Shown here piece after piece: positions 25,876 through 37,470 of a DNA stretch of 64,000 nt. Under the pieces are notes generated by a model. That model saw only the letters and a program-made list of their open reading frames with translations, did not search any database and had not been told where the DNA came from. The position numbers and the translations under genes were made by a program. This stretch comes from Harriotta raleighana. Taxonomy: Eukaryota. The stretch lies in assembly GCA_050575255.1 (NCBI GenBank), contig JBNZDD010013721.1, forward strand, positions 7,749,671 to 7,813,670. Reading direction: 5' to 3'. Numbering within the stretch: position 1 is the stretch's first letter; every line of letters begins with the position of its first letter.

Positions 25876-26210
25876 TATAATAATCCTTGCATTTAATATA
25901 GTGCTTTTCATATATTCTAAAGTCTCAAAGTGCTTCACAGAATATACTGTAAAGTGAATTGACTGTATATTTGTGGGCGAATCGTGGCAGCCAATTGCGT
26001 ACAGCAGTGTCCCACAAACAGTCGTGGATTGAAATGACCAATTTTATTGTGGTTTTTTTAAGGGGATTATTATTAGGTGTGTGGAGTGAGGAAACTTGCC
26101 CAAGGTTTCGCCCTGATATGCCTGGATTCGAAACACAGGTCTCACGCTTGTAAGGCGAGGGCTCTAACCACTGAGCTACACGACTTCACAAAACTGAGCT
26201 ACAGGACTCC
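25876..26210 (-). mobile_element. Full-length tRNA-derived SINE (short subfamily) with duplicated 5' end
   Basis: Tail taataatccttgcattt; ggattcgaaac B box; ctgagctaca occurs twice before ggactcc. Confidence 0.92.
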
Positions 26211-26599
26211 ACTCCAGGAATCCTCCTTGAATCTAAGAACAAAAACTGGTAAGAATTAAATATTTATTGCAGTCTCTAAGTGTTGGTAACACAATTTAAA
26301 TCGGGTTTACTCAGCTGTTTATAATGTTGGGAGGTTTTGCAGTTTATTGTATGTCCAATTCACCAGCAGTTTGGTCGCTGTTCTGATTTCTGCTACACCT
26401 AGAGACAAGTTGGTTTGGATTCAATCTCCCACTTATTTTATGACCTTTCTTTTGTTGTCCTCTGTATTGACATGGCTCTGCCACTTGGATTGCCTTTTTA
26501 TTGTGTTTTCTCCTTGTCTACACCAATTTCTCCCTTCCTTCTTCGTTTTCCTCCTCTCCCCCTCCCGGAAAAGTAAAATATGGCTAAAACATATGTTCT

Positions 26600-26905
26600 A
26601 GTTTCAAAGATGAGGTCAAACCCTCTCCGGAGAGCATGCTGGTGACAGATGATATCTCAGATGGGATCTGGCCGGTTTCTTTCTGAAAGCCTCTATCACA
26701 CACAGCAGTATATGTATGACTGAGATGACTTGGCTCAGGGAGGTCCCATGGCAGCTCTCCTCTCAAATGGCTCTCCCAAATGAGTGTCAACATATCTGTG
26801 AGCTTTTCTGCCAAAATCTTCGGCAAGTGAGGCAGGTTTCCTGTGCTTCATTGTTTCCTGACCATGCCATTGAGCTTTGTTAGCTTGGGAGGTCCAGATC
26901 ATTGT
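26600..26905 (-). mobile_element. Possible RTE-clade LINE RT fragment
   Basis: LAEKLTDMLTLIWE..GELPWDL loosely resembles the RTE RT N-terminal 'L..LF..IW..E.VP.D' segment; weak match. Confidence 0.3.
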
Positions 26906-27063
26906 TCAGCCATTGGTTTTTTTCCTTAGAATGAGAGAAGCAGTACCTTCAGATTGTTTCAAGCATTCTTTACCACATTGATCAGCATAAACATTGCCCT
27001 CCGTTAAACATGATCTGTGCAACAGTGGTTCCAGATAGCTGTCATCCACATACTTAATCTCCT

Positions 27064-27431
27064 GAGTTCCTTTAGCTCAACGGTTAAAGCACTCACCTTA
27101 CAAGCGTGAGACCTGTGTTCGAATCCAGGCAGATCAGGGCGAAACTTTGGGCAAATTTCCTTACTCCACATGCCCAATAATAATCTCTCCAAAATAAACA
27201 CACAATAATAAAATTGGTCATTTCAATTCACGACTGTTTGTGAGACATTTGGCTGCTGAAATTGGCTACCACATTTCGCCCAATATATTTGTATTGTATA
27301 CAAATATACAATATTTGTATATTAACAAATATACAGTTAATTCACTTTGCAGTATATTCTGTGAAGTGCTTTGAGTCATTGATGAGATGTGAAAAGCGCT
27401 AAATCAAATGCAAGGATTATTATTATTATAA
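27064..27431 (+). mobile_element. Full-length tRNA-derived SINE (short subfamily)
   Basis: tagctcaacggttaaagc A box, gttcgaatcc B box, tail aaatgcaaggattattattatt. Confidence 0.92.
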
Positions 27432-27499
27432 TCAGCTAGCCATACAGTGAATCCTGTGAAGCACGTTGAAGCATTCTCCTGATGTGAAAAGCACTGGAA

Positions 27500-28070
27500 C
27501 ATACGCGCATAAGAATTTGCTCAGCAAAAGAAAACCAAGGACTGTCCATTACAACTTCCACCATCAACTCCATCCTGGGCATCAACAGTGCATATGTCCC
27601 AAATTATGCACTGTGTTCCGAGATATTATTTGCTAACAGAAATCTGTCTAATTCGTTCTTGAAAGAACCAAAGCTTTCTGCTTCCATTGTCTCTCTAGGC
27701 AGCCTGTTCCATACATTTACTGTTCGCTGATTGAAGCAGTGTTTCTGCAGATTTGTTCAGAATTTAACCCCCTCCTTCGATTGCATGCCGTGATCTCAGG
27801 TTGAACTGTACACTACAAGATAAAACAGTTCATCATGGTCCACATTGTCTAATCCCTTTAGATTCTTAAAGACCGTAATCGTATCGTCCCTCAACCTCCT
27901 CTTCTCCAGAGTGAACATGCCCAGTTTACATAATCACTTCTTATAGTCAAGTCTCTCCAGCCTCTCAACAACAACAACAACAAAATTACATTTATAGAGC
28001 GCGTTTCACGTCAGGAGGACGTCCCAAGGCGCTCTCAATCATTTTGGTTGCCCTCCTCTGTCTTCTCAAT
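27500..28070 (-). mobile_element. CR1 LINE 3' fragment with a nested L2-tail insertion at ~27966-28037
   Basis: aatctgtctaattcgttcttgaa..ggcagcctgttccatacatt..cacattgtctaatccctttagattcttaaagacc..cctcaacctcctcttctccag; insert (caa)n-aattacatttatagagcgc. Confidence 0.88.
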
Positions 28071-29010
28071 CGGTGTTAAATCCAACGTAAGATTTTTCTA
28101 TTTATCTGAGCAGTACATTGCTCGGTGCATTTGCATGTTGCAACATGTCGCTTGTGATACAGACTATGTATATTGCGCAATTAGAATTAATGCAAAGCGC
28201 ACAGAATTGTGCACATAAAAGCGCCACATAAATCTGAATCAGCTCAGCTCCTGAAAGCACCTTGTAAAGTGCTTTTGTTAAGAATTTACCATGTTTGAAC
28301 CATTATAGGCAACAATTACTCCCATTAACAAACAAGTTCTCCTATAGACAGACGGCAACATTCGTGTGCTAACCCCCTGAGATGCTGATAAAGAGAAGCC
28401 CTTTACGCAGCATTTTATTGTTTGTTTAGCAAAACATGAAAACAAGAAAGGAACAATTTCTCTGTGTCGCAAAACAATGTGTTGCCTGCAGACCGAGACA
28501 GATGGTAGTCAATTTGTATAATCTCTTCTATTATCTGAGTAAAGTGCTATTGCTCTTTGACCCTTAAACGGAAGGCATTGTTGTACTAAATACACTCTAG
28601 TGCTTCTTCAAATAGACGCTAGTGTAGCTGGAAGACACTGATATTAATAAGAGTGAAAGGAGGCAGGACTTCTCTTATTATTGCTTCCCTAGCCCTTTCA
28701 GAAGCATCACTCCTGATGACTAATGCAAATTACATATTCAGTTCTGTCATTATTGCAAGCCATTATGTCAGTGTCATGTTTGGCACTCTCAACTAATGCA
28801 GCGAAAATGGCCTGTGTATATTAATGTGCCTATTTATGATTAGCTTTCTACCTGTCTTCACTACTCAGTCAGTCAATATTGCACAAATTGTTTTCGGATC
28901 ATCATCATAATACACAATGCGAGAAACATTATTCTCTGCCATTTTATTTCTTCTTTGTTTACTGCTTTGTGACCGTGCAAAAAACTAAACTAATAATCCT
29001 CAGGTTGTAC

Positions 29011-29148
29011 CTTTCCGAGTTATATTTTGGATCCAGTTTCCAAGAGACTTCAATGGCATTAATTATAACAATTACTGATACCGAATGGATTTTCTTTCCA
29101 GTGGTTGTGCTTGAAGACAAACCAATTATGAGGCATTTTAATGCCTCC
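29011..29148 (-). CDS. Candidate 138-nt exon (phase 2->2), EALKCLIIGLSSSTTTGKKIHSVSVIVIINAIEVSWKLDPKYNSE
   Basis: ggttttttctttatttag| acceptor, AAG|gtacaa donor, open frame. Confidence 0.3.
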
Positions 29149-29349
29149 CTAAATAAAGAAAAAACCCCTTTCACTTATTTAGTGTGATTGGTTTGTGGAC
29201 TACAACATTCACTTGCCAAAATATCTAAAATGAGTGCAAAAAGCTTCAAACTTCTCACATACTAACAGAATGGCCGACTTTGAGGTCACCCTATTGAAAT
29301 CAATATCACTTACTGTACATACAGAGCACCAGGGAAGTGATGTTTGAAG

Positions 29350-29371
29350 TGACCCGATGACCTAGAGGTCA
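29350..29371. promoter_or_regulatory. Composite nuclear-receptor element: DR2 plus ER2
   Basis: TGACCC-ga-TGACCT-ag-AGGTCA: three RGGTCA half-sites in 22 bp. Confidence 0.45.
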
Positions 29372-30850
29372 GTTATTGGTTAATGAAGGCAGCTAGCCAG
29401 CACGCAATAAACTGAGTAGCTTTCTGGGTCTACAAGATGTCTCAACCATTTGATAAGACGCAATATCAAATGCAAGGGTTATTATTAGTAGTATTATTGC
29501 ATTGTGACTCTGGGTATCATTATAAGGACCCAACCACTGTACAATGTTATAATGGAACTCCACTGCTTTGGGTCTATTTAAAACTTTTGGCTAGATACAT
29601 TTAGAAAGGGCCGGAGACGAGATTACTCTTCTTACTGTTTGCACAGTCTGAAAAGTAGAATAAGTAAGATAAAAACCTGGATAAACTAGTCCTAATACAC
29701 TCAGCAGTTAATGTTTTAGCATGGTTTCTACAGTCACTTTTAACATATTTTGACAAGTTGAAGTAATACCAGTAAATTGCCATACATTTCAGCGCAAGTA
29801 GTGTGGTGTCTGCTGTGTATCCAGCAATGCCTTCCCAACTGCAAAGATCACTTGGCCTTAACTGGGATTAAAGATGCACTATCTTTCTGTGAGGTGCATT
29901 TTAAACCATCGTTAATTAAATCTGAACATCTTGTTTTCCACAACCCATGGATATATAGTAATTGACTATTTTGCAGCTACTTTCAGCTCGTGGAAGGGAA
30001 GATAACATTAGTAGCAGTATTTAGACTATAACTTTATTGCAAGAGTCACAAACAATTGTGTTGTGTAAAGTGACATTAGTGAAAGAACACTGAACTTCTG
30101 TCAATCATTAGAACTGCAACATTTTCATTCATAGACTTTTAACCATACTCATTATATTACCTATTACTTGTACTACATCTATGTGATAAATGCAGATTCC
30201 TTTTAGCATTGATAAGTCACGTAAGCAATAAATGAAAACTCATTTGTTGAATCCAAACCTGGTGATAAATAATAACAAAAATAATCCTTTGATACAATTT
30301 GATACGACAAACAATTTCCTTTCAAATGCACAGTTTCCCATTTTACTATTCATATTAAAATTCTCCTGTACGATGAGATGGTACACATTACTTGCTGGAA
30401 GTAAAATCTGATCCATTACTTTTTAAAGCAGTTTTTAATACTGCGTTAGGGATGGATTAACTACTTGCAGGTAAAAGTGGTCGTATTTATTTGCTTGTTT
30501 CCTTAACAGGTCTAACCTTATTTTACAAGCTAATTGCAATGTATGATGGATAATATTTGTCATTAGGTGGCCTGGAGACAATTTAAAGGCACCTATCAAA
30601 AAGGAAGCACTCTCGATCTTTTCTCTTTGAGGGTAGGACCATTGGGAATCATAAATACCAAAGTGGGAATGGTGAATTTCTTAATTAAAATGGGTCTTGT
30701 ATTTTACTGTTTATTATATGTTTTTATGGCCAAGACAAAAATTCTAACAATGTTTCGATCGGTAAAATGGTCAGTAAAACTGCGTCTTTTTTTTTCCGCC
30801 TGCAATTTGATCCTCCTTTTGTGGTCAGAGAAAACGCTGTAAATTCTCAC

Positions 30851-30889
30851 TTGTGATAAAATTGAGCGGAAACCAGCCGTTGGCATTTG
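30851..30889 (-). CDS. Candidate symmetric 39-nt exon (all frames open)
   Basis: actactttcttcacag| acceptor, CAA|gtgaga donor. Confidence 0.25.
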
Positions 30890-31064
30890 CTGTGAAGAAA
30901 GTAGTTTTTGTCAGCAGGTCAAGGCAATGTAAGGTCAAGTAGATGAGAGATTTAACAGCATAAGTGAGACTGCAGCAATCCTGACAAGTCCGGGTCATAA
31001 TCTGGCAAAAAACAGTCAGTCATAGTAGTTTAACTACTCCCCAATATAATTCAAGTACATCATA

Positions 31065-31368
31065 AGAAGAAGAATACTTACATTTGATATTGTGTCTTTC
31101 AGGTCGGGAGGATATCTCAAAGCATTTTACAGGATTTTCTGTAAAGTGTGCATTTTGTTTATTGACGTGGCAACCAATATACCCACAATGTCCCACAAAC
31201 AGCATGAAGCGAGTAACCAATTTTATTTGGGGAGAGTTGTGGCGGCCAGGACACACAAATCAACTCCCTTCTCTTTTCAAATAGTCCATGCAATCCTGAC
31301 ATCCCACCAAGCAGGTAGATAGGACCTCAGTCTAATCTGAAGAACAGCACATGCAATGATGCAGCAAA
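31065..31368 (-). mobile_element. Deu-domain SINE
   Basis: acatttgatattgtg..tgtcccacaaacagc..actcccttctcttttcaaatagtccatg. Confidence 0.85.
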
Positions 31369-31964
31369 AATTTAATAGTTTGAATAACTCATAGCAGCTT
31401 CCAAAACGGTTCTGGTCGTGTTTTTTGCCTACTTACTTTTGACTTTGAGAAAATTTAGGATGTCTATTTAAAATTTAGGATGTCCCTGTCTATTTCAAAT
31501 TATTCTCCAACCACAATCCTCAGCAGATAAGATTCTATCAGCAGCAATTTGCAAGTTGAACATTCTCTGTGGACATCTACATACAATAACTTCACATGGT
31601 AGATGGCTGAAATATTCTCTTGGAGATGCAATGGAGGGAATGGAACTTAGTACTTTCGCTTTAAATGGCGCTAGGATTACTATAGTAACATTTTAATAAT
31701 AATACATCAAAAGTTGGAGAGCAGCCTTGGAGTTTTTTATGCTTAATTTCTATTATTAATAAGATGTACAGTAAATTAGATCCATCCAGAGGCAAAACTT
31801 TACATTGCTTCAGCTTTAGAAGCAATGCATGCAATGCTTTGCCTCTGACCACTTATTTTGCTTCTGGTGTAACACAGCACATGTAGACTGCTCACTGACT
31901 GACTGAGGAAAAATACTCATTATATAACCTTGATAATAAAGCTCTATCAATAGAAGACACCTCT

Positions 31965-32268
31965 GATTCTCCAATGCAGTGCTGCCAAAATATTTATTAT
32001 CAGAGTTGCTGACCTTTAGATGAGATGTTAAGCCAAAAAGATCCATGGACCTCTACTTGAAAAGAGAAGGGAGTTTCTCCCAGTATCCTGGACAACAATG
32101 TTCCAGATAAAAATGGTCATTCACCTCATGGCTCTTTTTTCGGAACATTATTATGTACAAATTGACTGCCATATCTGCAAATCTGCAGTCACTACACTTT
32201 GCAGTATGTCCTATGCTGAGTTTTGAGACATTTTGATGTGATAAAACACTATTAAATGCAAGGATTAA
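31965..32268 (+). mobile_element. Deu-domain SINE
   Basis: cctttagatgagatgttaagcc..gatccatgg..gaaaagagaagggagtttctcccagtatcctgg..aaatgcaaggatta. Confidence 0.85.
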
Positions 32269-32669
32269 TCTGATAATAGAGCAGTTTCAATATCTTCTGC
32301 TTCATAAATTATGATATTGCTATTTTTCATAAAGAAAACAAATGTGATCATTTTCAGATGAGCATTGTTCTCAATGTATTGTAATTGGCAAAGTGTATGA
32401 AGGATTTTATTCCAATAATTCTAGGTTGCAATAAGTCAATAGAAAATTGGCTAGAGACGAGTATGTCAGGGTCTTGTTACATTAACAAAAAATATTACAC
32501 CTCCTGGAAAATAATAGGAATACAGAAAACTCTTTCATCAGAATTATTCATTTATGATTTTAATAATTCACAGTTGTGGAATCAGTCAGTATCCAAATAA
32601 TGCTTAGATCGACCTGAATTATCATCGTGCCATTATTATTATTTTTTTGTAACTTTTTTTAAGATTACA

Positions 32670-33110
32670 TAATCATAAAATTGGTCCAGATGAAGAAAGT
32701 CCTTCAGCCCATTTGATACCATCCTTCCACCCTACAATCTTAACAGTATTAGGCTGTTTACAAATGAGCCAAGTACCCCAGACTCAACCACCTCTTCCAG
32801 TTGGTTAAAGAAACACACCCTGGTATCTCTCCTCAATTCCCTCTTGCAACTGTAACCCTAAATCCACTTGTTACTCTGTCTTGGTGGATCCTCAATCATT
32901 GCTTGCAGCTGATTTCTCTAACATTGGTGGATTTTCCTTGTTGACCTCCATCACGCTGTCTCTTGGACCTGGAAAGCCACCTTACCATTAATCTATAGGT
33001 CTAGCCTGACCAAAGCACTATATCGTGTCACATTTGGCGATCTGAACTCAACCTGTTTGGCAATAAGGCCCAGCATTCTGTTTGCCTTGTTTATTGCTGC
33101 CAGGAATTTT
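32670..33110 (-). mobile_element. CR1 LINE 3' fragment
   Basis: ccttcagcccattt..ggtctagcctgaccaaagcactata..gcaataaggcccagcattctgtttgccttgtttattgc. Confidence 0.7.
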
Positions 33111-35589
33111 AAATTTCATAAGCGATAATCATCTGCTGTCATTGCAAGTCCCAAGAGAAGCTAATGGATGTGAGGGTCAGGTAATTCTGGAACTTGTCCC
33201 TCAATGTGTGGCCTCTGGGACGTGAAGCAAGTGCAGTGTTGCTCTGGTATTAAATAGCCTGTGCTCTATTGACTTTAATTGGGCCTGTTTCCACAGAACA
33301 AAGCAAGATGGTATTAAATCAATTATAGTCCAGCGGTGGAACATTAAAGATTAAAAAGAAATTAACAGCAAGAATGCAAAAGAGAGATGAAGTTCATAAA
33401 TCTCACAGGGACATTCTATAGAATATCCTTGTGGTTATTAATCTGTTTTGCATATTTCAGCACAAAGAAACACAATTTATAATACTTCTGAAGAAGCGCA
33501 TTCATGAAATCACCATGATGATTATTATGGAGAGGGTTGAGAATAAACGCAAAGTGTTCTCCACATTAATATTTTACTCGCAATTATAAGTTTGTGTTTC
33601 CATTCTACTTTCAGGTAAATTGCTGAGCTGAGAGATGAAGCGATAGTTTAGCCCTCCTTACTGAGAGATGGACGGAAGTGGCCTCAGGCACAGTGCATTG
33701 CCCATGTGGCATCACATGATCTGTTGGTCATGTGTAACTCGGGGAGTGAAGCAATGAAGAGAAAACATGGGCGAAAGTAAGCAAAGAAAATATTTTTGAT
33801 GCAAGTTATTTCGTAGAAATCTTGTCATTGTATCTTTCACTTTGTCAAATAATTCTAGTGCCAGAGTTCTGTCAAAATCTCTTGCTGTAACCAACCTGCT
33901 GCATTTCTCCTCAAAACATAGTCACTACACTTTACAGTCAAACTCCATTGAGAAATTTTGGTGACATCACAAGGTGTTATATCTAAACATTATTAATTAT
34001 TATTACTTGGATATTTTTGTGCAAATGGCAATGGGCAAGCACAAATGATATAAAATGAAGGAACCTGGGATTCCTAGTAATCAGAACAATATCTTGCATA
34101 AAGTTTCACGTGGCTTGAAGAGCTTTACAAAGCTCACTGAACACAGAAAAAAGGATGGAGAATTTGTGGCAGTTGACTAAAACATGATCAGAGAGATACA
34201 TATTTAATAGGATTTTGAAGGCAGAGTGAAAAGGCGCAGGGAAAGAGATTTCAAGAGAGAATTCCAAAGAATAGGTTACAATGACAGAGAGTGAGACAGA
34301 ATGAACAATAAACCAGAGTATTAACCAGAATCATGTCTTACTAATAAAGCCAAAGTTTCCTAGTTCCGGTAACAATAAAGTCACAATGTGGAGGACAATA
34401 GATACATTGGACAACGGTGAATAACTTTTCTGTAAATGAACACACTGTGTAAACTCGTTGCTCCCCTAATTTACTGTAAGGCAGTGTGAATTGTGCTACC
34501 TTTCTTTATTTTCTGCATGGGAGACATGAACACCGCAATAATTTCCACTGTTGAGCCTGTTAGCAAAGCAACCAGTTGAATGCAACCCAAGGGGCGAATG
34601 ATAACTCACTCATAGCTTTGGGCCATGCAAAGAAAGACTGCTCCAGTGACAATTGAAGGCATTGTATTGCCATCTCGTCCAGGTTACAGCATCATTGAGA
34701 TAGAGGAAATGGGTCTCTCTCCAGCTGGTGTGACAGGCTCAGCATATGCCAAGAAGATTAGCAGAGGAAATACAGTATTCAAAAGAAAAGACCAGTTATG
34801 CCAAGGTTGACTTCGCTGCCATTAATGCTGGTCTCAGTAGCATTTCGCAACACACAAAGCAATTGTGTTTCACCATTTATTCTTTCTTTAGATGCAGTGA
34901 AGAATCATACTTTGACTTGAAATGTAATCTTTGTATATAACTACGTCTGCCTGCAAGTGGGATTCTGAAGCACATTTAATGTACAATTATGTCCTAAAGG
35001 ACTATTTTCTTAACTAGAAATTCTAGAAAATAAAACATTAATTTTTATTGCCAGTACTGACTATCTCTCAACCACAGATAACAAAGCAAGCCGTAGCAGT
35101 GTAATTGAAAACCAATTAAATCAAGTAACATATTCAAGGGGCAACCAGAACGGCTGACTATTCTGGGCGGTAACCAAGGCAATGGGAGATGAGCTGCAAA
35201 GCATATTGTTGACAGCTAAGAGAAGGCTTATGATCAAATACTCAGCTGGAAATTGCAGAGGAGTTAATAGTGGGAAAGGACCACATTTGCTCAGTTATGA
35301 TGTCCTCGCAGTCGAATGACGTACCAACAAATATTGTTTTGAGCCATGCTTAGGAACAGTCACCTGAGTAAGGTGTTGGAGGACGACTGATACCCACAAA
35401 CCAATCACCAGCATTGCCTTCAAGAGCGCAAAACAAGGGAAAGAATTGGTAATAATAATCCTTTTGGTGCAGAAACATATTTTGGTGCAGAAACCAATTG
35501 AGGAACAAACTGCAACATAACAGTGTGTATCAGTTTTGCTCAGTTCAGAACATTGTGTGTTAAAGGTTGGAAACTTCAGCTTATAGTCT

Positions 35590-35880
35590 GAGCTGAAACT
35601 CCAGTGCAGTACTAGAGCAATGCTGCATTGTCAGCTGTCCTTTGAATGAGATGTTAAATTAAGACATCCATCAGTTGGTTGTTAGATCCTATGACATTAT
35701 TCAAAAGGAGAAGAGAGTTCCTCCCGGTTTCATGGCTAACATTTCTTATGATAAATTGGTCACTGGTTGTCTACGGGACCTTACTGTGTGCAAATTGGCT
35801 TCTGTGTTTGCCTTCAAATAGACAATTAACAGTAATTGTGAAGTGCTTTAAGCCGTTTTGATGTTATGAAGACTTTTTTC
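35590..35880 (+). mobile_element. Deu-domain SINE
   Basis: actccagtgcagtact..gctgcattgtca..cctttgaatgagatgttaaa..gatcctatgacattattcaaaaggaagagagttcctcccgg. Confidence 0.85.
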
Positions 35881-36159
35881 AAAGCATTAATAGCATTAGA
35901 TTTATTTTGTGAACAGACATTATATAATGTAACTGTATGGGTGGGAGTTTGTTGAAGCTTTGATATTCGGAAATATCTATCAAATAGGTTCTCAATCATC
36001 CGTATGTCTACAATTGATGATTTTAAACATTTCTGATGAGCAATGGGATGAAACTTCAAAACCTTGAGTCACAAAACCTCCTGTAATAAATAAAAACAAC
36101 CACATATAAGATAGAGCAGAAGAGTCGATGTTTTCAGAAGATGACTATATATTTAAAGG

Positions 36160-36445
36160 CAGGGAAAGTAGCCAATTTGCCCATAATGTTGTTCCATAAA
36201 GAACGATGAAGTGGTTTGTGTGATGGATTTGTGTGAAGCCAGAACTTCTCTTATCGAATAGTGACACAGAATCACTAATGTCCATCCAAATAGGAAGGGC
36301 AGGACTTCATTTTATCATCCCACCCGAAGGATAGAATTGCTACTAACGCAGTGCTCCCTCCCCAGCACTGCACTGGAGCACAAATGTCGACTTTTATTTC
36401 AAAGTCTTGCCATGAGGCTTAAACCCACAATCTTCTGATCCAAAT
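36160..36445 (-). mobile_element. Old Deu-domain SINE including head
   Basis: catcccacccgaagga..gcagtgctccctccccagcactgcactggag..ggcttaaacccacaatcttctga. Confidence 0.7.
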
Positions 36446-37344
36446 GGAACCCTAGTTTTCAGGTCTTTTGGATCATTTGTTGTTGTTTGAGCTGATATTA
36501 GATGCTTGTCTAAATTGAAGCGGAAATTAATCTCCAATTGGATGAATGATGAAACAGCAATGGTAAAGATTGTCCTATTCCTTGATCTAATCACTGGTTA
36601 GAGAACTGAAGAGAAGTGTCTCTGACACTTTAGAAAGCTGAAATCTATGGGCAATCTATTCAAGTTCCAAAATCAATAAGGCAAAGCAAAGTGAATCCTG
36701 ACATATTCATCAGATAATTAATTCTGCAATGCGTATTTATTTCCTGTTTCTAATCGGTTGTCTATTACGTTTTGCTGTTTGAAAATTTGGGTTTAGAATG
36801 GGGTTAAAAAAAATATCTGCCAGAGTTAGAATGATTCAGTGTAGCTCCTCTGCAATGTTGAGTAGGAAGAGCAGTGGTGTGTTTACTTCTGCAGCTTGCA
36901 GGAGGAATGCAAGGACATAAATTGTGTAAAGAGAACACAGTAGCCCGTTAGCTCAGCTCTCCGAGGTGACATTAGATTAAGGCCTTTGTTCTTGTCCTGT
37001 GTAAGAATAAGCATATTTTGTCCTGGTAGCTTTCATCTTAATCCTGTTTGAAGTACAGATCTAGCCCTAAATCAGACCTTCCTGACGCCTCTTGTGGCCA
37101 TAAAGAATATATATTCTGTTCCGATATGATTTATGATTGAGCTTGAGAAGGGACTCGGTCAGTATCCTGTGCAATTGATATAAAACTCATATTACTTGTG
37201 AAGTCTTGAGTTCACAGATGCATCACCAGTCACAAAATGTTGCTTTTGACACTTGAGAGCACATACGTCTTCAAACAGTGGCCATTTCATTCATAAGCTG
37301 TTGTGTGATCTATGAGCAAGTTTCAGATTCAAGCCAAGAATTGA

Positions 37345-37470
37345 GGAGTCCTGTAGCTTCGTGGTTAGAGCATTCGCCTCGCAAGCGAGAGGACCTGGTT
37401 TGATTCTTGGGCAGGATGAAATGTTGGGGGGATAAGTCACTATATAAATACAAGGAATATAATTGTTGTT
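37345..37470 (+). mobile_element. Internally deleted mini-SINE (tRNA head joined to tail)
   Basis: ggagtcctgtagcttcgtggttagagcattcgcctcgcaagcgagaggacctggtttgattc followed shortly by ctatataaatacaagg. Confidence 0.75.

Noticed and set aside
30851-30889. SH3-like GWFPLNFI motif in the phase-1 reading of the 39-nt candidate exon
   Set aside because: No adjacent exon encoding the rest of an SH3 domain was found, and the frame is ambiguous
34610-34810. Protein-looking plus ORF and a minus gtgagt donor
   Set aside because: No supporting splice sites on the plus strand; the longest minus frame ends in TGA at the donor
36028-36060. CTGATGA...GAAAC hammerhead-core spacing
   Set aside because: The intervening gcaatgggat cannot form stem II
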